From the NCBI GenBank assembly GCA_963813715.1, contig CAWFAK010000008.1:64001-128000 (forward strand): a stretch of 64,000 bases of DNA. Reading direction: 5' to 3'. Every line of letters begins with the position of its first letter. The first letter of the stretch is position 1. The DNA comes from an uncultured Planctomycetaceae bacterium. GTDB lineage: Bacteria; Planctomycetota; Planctomycetia; Planctomycetales; Planctomycetaceae. The notes under the pieces were generated by a model. It searched no databases. It had not been told where the DNA came from and saw only the letters and a list, made by a program, of their open reading frames with translations. The position numbers were made by a program, and so were the translations under genes. Below are positions 56,914 to 64,000 of the stretch, piece after piece.

Positions 56914-58935
56914 TCAGCGGCGTGCCGCGAACAAAGCCGCCTTCACGTCTCGTGACGTCGTCGACGTCCCGATCTTGGATCCTGGATTTTTTGTCACGGG
57001 CCCCAACGGAGGACCCGCGTCAACTTTGGAAACTCCTGCTGGCTTCTTAACGGGAGGACTAATCGGTGCGTTCTGGGCCGCCTGCGGCGCTGCCGGAATG
57101 GCCGGCTTCACCGGGGCGGCGGGCGTCGCCGGAGCGATGGGCTTCACTGGTGACGTTTGCGGCGAAGTCTGAGCGGTGGCCGACGGAGTACCGGCAACCG
57201 GCTTGACCTCGGCCTTTTTGGGTTCCGCAGCACCGGCGGCAGGCTTCGCATCCTTCGGCTTCGCTTGCTCCTTCTTGCCTGCCTTGGTCTTGGCGTTCGC
57301 GTGCGGCTTGTGCCGATGTCCGGCCGCTCCTTCCGCACGCATCGTCGCGATTCGCTGCTTGGCGAACGCTTTCACCTCGTCCTTGGTAACCGACTGAGCG
57401 TCGGGCTTGGCGAAGCGCTTCCAGAAGAAGTTCGCCACTTCGTCTTTGGTCAACTTGCCGTCTTTGTTGGCGTCGGCCGCGGCGAAGAACGCATCGAGAT
57501 GCGCTCCGGCCCGACGTTGGGCAATCCGCGCCCAACCGCCCCGGCCACCGCGACCGTGCCCGCGAAGTCCGTGTCCCCGACGTCCCTGTCCGCGACGGCC
57601 GTGATGACCTTGGTGAGCGGCAAGGGCACGTCCGCCCCGACGACCGCGATGAGCAAAGCCTTGATGACCGGCAAAACCGTGGCGACCGCGAGCGTGACGG
57701 GCGAACGCGTGGTTCCCGAAGCCGCGATACCCACGTCCCGCGAAACCGTGGCGTGAAAAACCGTGTCCCGCAAAGCCGCGTCCGGCGAATCCGTGATGCG
57801 CGAAGCCGCGTCGACCGAATCCCTCATGCCCGTGCATTGAGTGCCGCGCGAAGCCCCAGCTATGTCCACCTCGGCCGAAGCGTTGATGTCCGGCGAAACC
57901 GTGACCGCGACCGCCGCGGTGGCTGTGCCGTCCCGGACCGTGGCTGGCCCAGGCATGACGTTCTCCGCCGCGTGCCCAGCCGCGAACGTGGCCCTGGCTG
58001 GCCCAACCGTGGCCGCCCCGACCGCGTCCCGTCCAACTGCGTCCGCCGCGACGGTGTTGGCCAGACCCGCGATGCTTTGCGTAGCTCGCAAATTCAAAAC
58101 GCTCGTGGCCGGCAAAACGCTCGCCGCTCCAGCCCTGTTCCGGACCGCGACCTTCGCGACCGAACCTCGCCTCGCCGAAGCGACCCTCGGCAAACCCGCC
58201 GCGACCGAAACGCTCGCCTCCAAAGCGACCTTCTCCAAAACGATGCTCACCGCGCTCGCGCCGGGCAAACTCGGGACCGTCGCCCGGGCCTCGGGATTCT
58301 GACCTTGGTCCGCGTGCCCATGCCGGTCCGCCGGGGCCTCGTCCGTGCCGAGGTCCTGCTCCCGGACCACCGGGTCCGCGCCCTTCCGGACTGTGCCCTT
58401 CCAGACCGTGACCATCTGATCCGCGACGTCCCGGACCTTCCCAAGCGGCTTCGCGATCCGGACCGCGCTCTGGACCGCGCTCGTCGTCCGCCATCATGCG
58501 GCCTTCGCCCCGCATTTCGCGGCGATCATCACCCTCGCGCCACGTGGCCCGGCGTCCGGACCGCTCCTCGGCCGCGTTCCGCCATTCGGGTCGCGCGTCG
58601 CGCTCGTCGAAATCGCGGCGCTGACTCATCCGTTCTTGATTCCGATCTTCATTCCGGCCGTCTTCATTCCAACCGACTTGGCGTTCGTCATTCCGCTCGT
58701 CGTCGCGCCGACCGAACCGTGCCGCCCGGTCCCGTTCGCGAACTGGTCCGTCATCCGCCGCACGCATGCTGCGGCGACTGTGAGCGAGGCCTTCGTCGGA
58801 TCGACGATCGGAGGAGTCCGCATCGTCGGCTCGCGCCACGCTCACCGGGTTCACGCGCCACTCCCGCTGAGTGACGAATTGCAGCGCCGCCGCTGTCGCA
58901 ATTCCTCCCAAAAACACCAACGCGTTATTGCGCAT
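56914..58935 (-). CDS. Exported Gly/Arg/His-rich low-complexity protein with EF-hand
   Basis: GAGG RBS, N-terminal hydrophobic segment, GFAxH/R repeats, DANKDGKLTKDE loop, Ala/Pro/Lys tail. Confidence 0.75.
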   Translation of the reverse strand: MRNNALVFLGGIATAAALQFVTQREWRVNPVSVARADDADSSDRRSDEGLAHSRRSMRAADDGPVRERDRAARFGRRDDERNDERQVGWNEDGRNEDRNQERMSQRRDFDERDARPEWRNAAEERSGRRATWREGDDRREMRGEGRMMADDERGPERGPDREAAWEGPGRRGSDGHGLEGHSPEGRGPGGPGAGPRHGRGPGGPAWARGPRSESRGPGDGPEFARRERGEHRFGEGRFGGERFGRGGFAEGRFGEARFGREGRGPEQGWSGERFAGHERFEFASYAKHRGSGQHRRGGRSWTGRGRGGHGWASQGHVRGWARGGERHAWASHGPGRHSHRGGRGHGFAGHQRFGRGGHSWGFARHSMHGHEGFGRRGFAHHGFAGRGFAGHGFSRHGFAGRGYRGFGNHAFARHARGRHGFAGHQGFAHRGRRGGRALAAHQGHHGRRGQGRRGHGLRGHGRGGRGGWARIAQRRAGAHLDAFFAAADANKDGKLTKDEVANFFWKRFAKPDAQSVTKDEVKAFAKQRIATMRAEGAAGHRHKPHANAKTKAGKKEQAKPKDAKPAAGAAEPKKAEVKPVAGTPSATAQTSPQTSPVKPIAPATPAAPVKPAIPAAPQAAQNAPISPPVKKPAGVSKVDAGPPLGPVTKNPGSKIGTSTTSRDVKAALFAARR

Positions 58936-59053
58936 CGAACTTCCTCAAACCTTCGAATGCAGGCCGATTCTCCGAATCGACGCGGTCACCGACCTTCGCA
59001 ACCAGTCCCGCACCCGCGCCCTAAGGACGTTAATCGTCCGCGGTTGAAGGCTA

Positions 59054-59085
59054 ACAATAAGGGAGGAACCTTAACTGAAGATGAA
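59054..59085 (-). promoter_or_regulatory. Putative OmpR-type direct-repeat box and -10 element
   Basis: Minus strand TTCAT-N6-TTAAG (11-bp period) followed by TATTGT. Confidence 0.45.
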
Positions 59086-59460
59086 GCGCCGTATGGCTTT
59101 TGGGATTTTCTGCACACCTGGCCAGCGAAGCTGAAGGACCCATAAAGGACGAAGGAAATGGGCCACGGTGATCCGGGGCTGCTCACGATCCGTTCGCAGC
59201 GGGGAGGGGCCGGTGGCCGCATGTCAATCGGCAGTCGATTGCCGGCCGCCGGACGGATGGTCGGCCGCGCGATCGGGTTACAACCACGGAGTGCCGCGCG
59301 AAGGCTTGATTTTTCGCGAGCGAAACGTGAGCCTCAGTGCACTTCGCGCGGAGTTTCGTGGTTCGCGTTCACGAAAATCGCCATGCCTATAATTAACTAA
59401 CGTACAGCAACATGAGGTCGACGAATCAGCGCCCACAACTGGATCAGCCACCGGACCAGC

Positions 59461-60033
59461 ATGAGCACTCGCGCACCGTCGGCCCCGCGGCGACGGCGAA
59501 GTCCGCTCCATTCGGTGCGATGGGCCTGTTTTTCGCTCTGTCTCGTGGCGGCCAGCGCGGCGCCCGCTTGGGCGGTCGTCCCCGAAGTGCAGGATGGAGG
59601 CGGCTTCTTCAAGCCGGAGACGATCGCCAAGGTCAATGACATCCTGGCCACCATCGGCGAGAAGCATCACAAGGATCTGCTGATCGAAACCTACGAGACG
59701 GTCCCGGCCGACAAGGTGGAGGCCGTCAAAGCGATGGACAAGGAAGCGCGGTCCAAGTTCTTTCAGGAGTGGGCAAACAGCCGGGCGCGTCGCCGCCGCG
59801 TCGAGGGGATTTACGTGCTCGTCTCAAAGACTCCGCCCCACCTGCAGATCGAAGTCGGCAAACAAACCGAGAAAAAGGCGTTCACGGTCGAAGATCGAAG
59901 CAAGCTGCGCGAAATCCTGATTAGTGCATTCGGAAAGAAGGAATACGATCGCGGGCTGCTCGAAGCCGCGCAATTCGTCGCCAAAGCCTTCGACGACAAT
60001 CTGGGTTCCTCGAAGGCCGAGTCGAAGAAGTAA
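59461..60033 (+). CDS. TPM-domain exported protein
   Basis: AWA-VVPEVQDGGGFF, LLIETY, GIYVLV, FGKKEYDRGL. Confidence 0.75.
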   Translation: MSTRAPSAPRRRRSPLHSVRWACFSLCLVAASAAPAWAVVPEVQDGGGFFKPETIAKVNDILATIGEKHHKDLLIETYETVPADKVEAVKAMDKEARSKFFQEWANSRARRRRVEGIYVLVSKTPPHLQIEVGKQTEKKAFTVEDRSKLREILISAFGKKEYDRGLLEAAQFVAKAFDDNLGSSKAESKK

Positions 60034-60131
60034 ACTCAAACGCCCCGCGCGGGACCGTCGCTCACTACAAAACAAGCGCTCACCGAGAAACGAAAAGGAA
60101 TCGCCGGCCCCCGCGGACGAAAGTGACTCGC

Positions 60132-61322
60132 ATGACCGCAACTCTTGAATTGACTCCTGCCGGATCACGACCTGTCCGCGCGTCCCTTTTCCGACTTGCG
60201 CGCGGGCTCTGGTTGCCGTTGGCGCTGTGCGTGGTGATGAGCGGACGGGCCTGGGCCGTCGTGCCGATGGTCAAAGACGGCGGGGGGTTCTTCACTCCCG
60301 AAACGCTGACCAAGGCCAACCAAGAGATCGCCAACATCCAGAAGCAATACAAAAAAGATTTGCTGATCGAAACGTTTGCCACCGTCCCGACCGACAAGGT
60401 CGATGCGGTCAAGAAGATGACGCCGAAGGAGCGAACCCGCTTCTTTCAAGGCTGGGCTAACGAGCGGGCCAGGGCCGAGCGCGTCGAAGGCATCTACATT
60501 TTGATCTCGAAGGAACCGGGACACGTTCAGATCGAGGTTGGACATGAGACCGAGAAGCGGGCGTTCAAGGTGCCCGACGATGTGAAGCGCCTCCGCACGA
60601 TCCTACTCGAGAATTTCCAGAAGAAGGAATACGACACCGGCCTGCTCGAAGGGGTCGAATTCGTCCAGCAGAAACTGAGTGAAAATCTCGGCGTGGCCCG
60701 CGCGGCGGGCGAGGCGCCGGCACGAGCCAACGAACCCGTCGCCCACAAAGAGGGGCCAGCAGTTCAGGGAGTTTCAGGCATGAGCTTCTTGTTGATCATC
60801 GTCGTCCTGTTGATCGGGTTCTGGATCCTGCGGGCCATCTTCCGCGGCATCTTCCATATGTTGGGCGGCGGGGGACCACGCCAATATGGTCCAGGTCCCG
60901 GCGGCCCTGGCCCCGGCTACGGCGGACCCGGTTACGGCGGGGGCCCCGGGTATGGCGGGGGAGGCGGCGGCGGCTTCATGAGCGGCATGCTGGGTGGCCT
61001 GTTCGGCGCTGCGGCCGGCAACTGGCTCTATGACTCCTTCGGCCGCGGCGGCGGAGGCTTCGGCGGCGGGGGCTTCAGCGGGGGCGGCGGAGGCTTCAGC
61101 GGTGGCGGCGGCGGGTCGACGGCTTCAGATGCCGACCAGGACTACTCCGGCTCCGGCGGAGATTTCGGCGGTGACGGCGGCGGTGGCGGAGACGCCGGCG
61201 GCGGCGACTTCGGTGGTGACTCGGGAGGCGGTGACTTCGGCGGCGATTCTGGGGGCGGTGGGGGAGATTTCGGCGGCGGAGATTTTGGCGGCGGGGGCGA
61301 CTCGGGCGGCGGCGACTTTTAG
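60132..61322 (+). CDS. TPM-domain membrane protein with Gly-rich C-terminal tail
   Basis: Paralogous TPM domain, TM helix, GPGYGG and GGGDFGG repeats. Confidence 0.8.
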   Translation: MTATLELTPAGSRPVRASLFRLARGLWLPLALCVVMSGRAWAVVPMVKDGGGFFTPETLTKANQEIANIQKQYKKDLLIETFATVPTDKVDAVKKMTPKERTRFFQGWANERARAERVEGIYILISKEPGHVQIEVGHETEKRAFKVPDDVKRLRTILLENFQKKEYDTGLLEGVEFVQQKLSENLGVARAAGEAPARANEPVAHKEGPAVQGVSGMSFLLIIVVLLIGFWILRAIFRGIFHMLGGGGPRQYGPGPGGPGPGYGGPGYGGGPGYGGGGGGGFMSGMLGGLFGAAAGNWLYDSFGRGGGGFGGGGFSGGGGGFSGGGGGSTASDADQDYSGSGGDFGGDGGGGGDAGGGDFGGDSGGGDFGGDSGGGGGDFGGGDFGGGGDSGGGDF

Positions 61323-61368
61323 AGACAGTATCAAAACGTCAGTGGTTGACACGTCAGCATTCGAGGCG

Positions 61369-62570
61369 TCAGCGCCCGAGCGTTTGGTCCAGCCAATTGA
61401 ACGCCCGTTCGTTGAACAGGCTCCTCGCGCCGGCCTCGCAGTGTTCGCCCGCTCCTTCGCTGTCTAAGAATCGCAGGCGCGTCTTGGGGCACGTCAGTCG
61501 CTCGAAAAGCCGGTCGGCCGTTACGCCGATGTCGTCATTCTCGGCCGAGCAAACCAAGCGTGGGGCAGCGGATCCGGCCGACGCGCCCGTCGAGCGTGTA
61601 CTCGCGGGTGAGCTGCAAGTAGTCGAGCGGCGTGGCGACGGCGTGCGTCCACAGTCCGCGGCGCAGGCCCCAGCCGCCCGTCAAGTGACGCAGTCGGCGA
61701 CCGAGCACGAACGTCAGCAGCTTGAGGACGAAACGATTGTTCTCCGCCAGCCCACGGGCGACGAACGGCGGCACACGGCTGGCGAATTCCTCGTACAGTG
61801 AATATTCGCCGGGATCGCAGATGCAGGCGGCCAAGCGCGGTTCGCCGCTGGCGGCCCGCGGAGCCAGGTGTCCCCCGAAGCTGACGCCCAACAGGGCGAT
61901 TTTCTTCGTGTCGACCTCCGGTCGCGACTGCAGCCAATCGACGACCGGGCCCACGACGGCCTCCCAGTCGGGGCGAAAGGTGAGGCCATCTTCGATGATC
62001 GCCTTCCCCTGCCCCGGTCCGTCGTAGACCAGGCACGTGTAGCCGCGCTCGACGGCCGCGCGGCCGCTCATCAAATAGCTTTCTTCCGCCGTCCCGTCGT
62101 AGCCGGTGGTGATGATGAGGCACGGGCGGGGCGCTGGCGCGCCGCTCGGCCGGAAGAAGTAACCGTGCAGAGCATGCTTGCCGTCGGGAATGGCGATCCG
62201 CTCGCCGGGCGGATCCATCAGGCCGATCGCTGCTTCAAACGCGCTGCGATGCCGCCGCGCCGTCTCGACGACCCGCGGATCGACGGGCGTGCCGATCAAG
62301 AATGTGTACGACGCGCGGTAGTAGTTGCTCGCCCGCAGGTACGCGCCGAGCGCACTCTTCGCGACGACCCGCCGCGGCCGAGGCCTGCGCCTCACCGTAG
62401 AGGCGCTCGGCCAGCGTGTGCCAGGCGGCGAACCAGCTCTCGCTATCAAGCTCGCGAATCCGGCGGGCAGCGGCCAGACACTCGCCGACGTCGGCCCCAC
62501 CGTTACACGCATGCCCGGCCGTCCGCAGCCACTGGGCGTCGAACAGCGAGTCTTTGAAAACGATGGTCAT
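61369..62570 (-). CDS. Alpha/beta hydrolase (FrsA/2,6-dihydropseudooxynicotine hydrolase-like), 2 frameshifts
   Basis: GGADVGEC, YLRASNYYR, TGYDGTAEE, DGPGQG, GVSFGG, GAGEHCEAG spread over three frames. Confidence 0.8.
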
Positions 62571-62611
62571 GGCCTGTGCCTGACGGCGGGTTCGGTAGGG
62601 CAAGCTGCCAG

Positions 62612-63963
62612 TGTTGAGACCGGACACATGGGTGACAAGTGTTCGGACACATGGGTAACAGGTTTGGCGGGGAAGGCAAAGGCTGCGTGAGCGTAGCGAA
62701 TGCAGGCTTTGCCTTCCTCGCGTCGGAAAATCACGTCCCCTCCGCGTTCCGGTCTCGCAGATCAATGCGGGCAATCTTCTGCCAGCAATAAAACACCTGC
62801 CAGACTCCCTCGGTCGTCGTCGGCCGAAGAGCGACGGCTTCGCCCGAGAACGCCTCGCTGATCTTGATCACTTGTCCTCGAAAACTCAGTTGCCCCACGG
62901 GATTCACCTTGCGGACTTCGTCTCCCTCGTCGTATTCGATCGGCGGAAGATGCTCCGGAAACTCACGTCGGCTGACCACGTAACGACTACCAGGCACTCT
63001 CAGCCCCAAGGCCTCGTGAGGACGCTCGTGGTTATACGTCTGACGCCAACGATCGAACTCCCGCTGCACCTCCCCAGAGTTCGCGAAGGCCCGGCCGCGC
63101 AACACTTCCGCCTGCAGCGTGCGGTGAAATCGCTCTTCCTTCCCTTGCGTCTCGGGGTGGTAAGGGCGGCCATGGATCACGCGAATGTTGTGTCGCAACA
63201 ACCAGACCGACAGCTTCGTGTAACCTCCGCGACGGTGGGTGACCGCCCAGGGCGTCCCGTTGTCCATCAACATCGACCAGGGAAGGCCGTAACGTCGAAA
63301 GACGCCCTGCAGACTCTCCCGAACGGTCTCGGATCGCTGGTTCAAACAGGCCCGCAGCCCCAAGGAGTAGCGCGAGTGATCGTCTGTGATCGTCAACGGG
63401 TGGCAGCGACGACCGTCGACCATGCGGAAATCGCCCTTGAAATCCATCTGCCACAGCTCGTTGGGCGCCTCCCGCTCGAACCGCTGCACGGGGGCACGCC
63501 GAAGTGACTCCTCCTGCTCGATGCGACCATGACGACGCAAAATCGCCGTGATCGTGCTGGCGGCCGGGACCGCTTGACGCCCCAGGGCCAACAGACGGGC
63601 TCGCAGCTTGCGACCTCCCCAAACCGGGTGCCGATCCCGCAGCTCCAGCACCTCCGCCTCAATGGCCGCGCTCGTCGGCTCGCGAAAATGCCGAGGACGA
63701 CGCGAACGATCCACGCACGGTTCGCCCAACCGAACTCGGCCTAACCACTTGTAACCCGTCTTCCGCGAAATCCCAAACCGCCTGCACAGCACAGCGACCT
63801 TCGAATCTGGCGACGACGCCAAACGGCAAAACTCTTCCCGCATCGACACAACGTCACACTCCTGCCACGGCATCCGTCTCCCTCCTGGAAAGGAAGACCT
63901 CAGCCTACAAAAAGTGTTACCTATGTGTCCGAACGACTGTTACCTATGTGTCCGGTCTATACA
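62612..63963 (-). mobile_element. IS481-family insertion sequence, complete
   Basis: TGT..ACA ends, IRs with tandem ggacacat(g/a)ggt(g/a)aca repeats, 7-bp direct repeat CTGCCAG at 62605-62611 and 63964-63970. Confidence 0.93.
62731..63873 (-). CDS. IS481-family DDE transposase
   Basis: MPWQE, GISRKTGYKW, WQMDFKG, DDHSRY, MDNG, TQGKEERFH. Confidence 0.95.
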   Translation of the reverse strand: MPWQECDVVSMREEFCRLASSPDSKVAVLCRRFGISRKTGYKWLGRVRLGEPCVDRSRRPRHFREPTSAAIEAEVLELRDRHPVWGGRKLRARLLALGRQAVPAASTITAILRRHGRIEQEESLRRAPVQRFEREAPNELWQMDFKGDFRMVDGRRCHPLTITDDHSRYSLGLRACLNQRSETVRESLQGVFRRYGLPWSMLMDNGTPWAVTHRRGGYTKLSVWLLRHNIRVIHGRPYHPETQGKEERFHRTLQAEVLRGRAFANSGEVQREFDRWRQTYNHERPHEALGLRVPGSRYVVSRREFPEHLPPIEYDEGDEVRKVNPVGQLSFRGQVIKISEAFSGEAVALRPTTTEGVWQVFYCWQKIARIDLRDRNAEGT

Positions 63964-64000
63964 CTGCCAGCTTGCCGCGTGTCTGCGGTTTCATAGGGCT

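Noticed and set aside
62620..62660. Tandem ggacacatgggt repeats as a mini-CRISPR
   Set aside because: Only two units, mirrored at the other IS481 end; they are IS terminal binding repeats, and there are no cas genes

Overview
GC-rich bacterial chromosomal window, most likely a Planctomycete (LEPR-XLL-type exported protein, PQQ-like propeller, TPM proteins). It holds about 45 mostly housekeeping or accessory genes: a two-permease ABC exporter, an MdtABC-like RND pump, tRNA-Lys(CTT), PilT, an M16 peptidase, an IlvD/Edd dehydratase, a PhyH dioxygenase, an OmpR-type two-component system and several hydrolases. Roughly 15 single-base frameshifts fall in otherwise intact genes, which points to noisy long-read consensus errors rather than mass pseudogenisation. 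The best-supported highlight is a complete IS110 (IS621-like) element at 3975-5194. Its non-coding left end reads as a bridge RNA whose putative guide segments match its own donor junction and a CCCTCACCCC..CTCTCCC REP-type target, and two more copies of that REP lie in the window. An IS4 element sits between inverted copies of a 44-bp motif that also occurs empty nearby, and an IS481 element sits in the centre of a GTAG-REP palindrome, so three IS families are associated with short repeats. Other candidates for uncharacterised biology are an exported 28-Cys metallothionein-like protein with a Cys-rich partner, and a 673-aa exported Gly/Arg/His/Phe low-complexity EF-hand protein heading the two-component operon. 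All calls are by eye; no searches were run.
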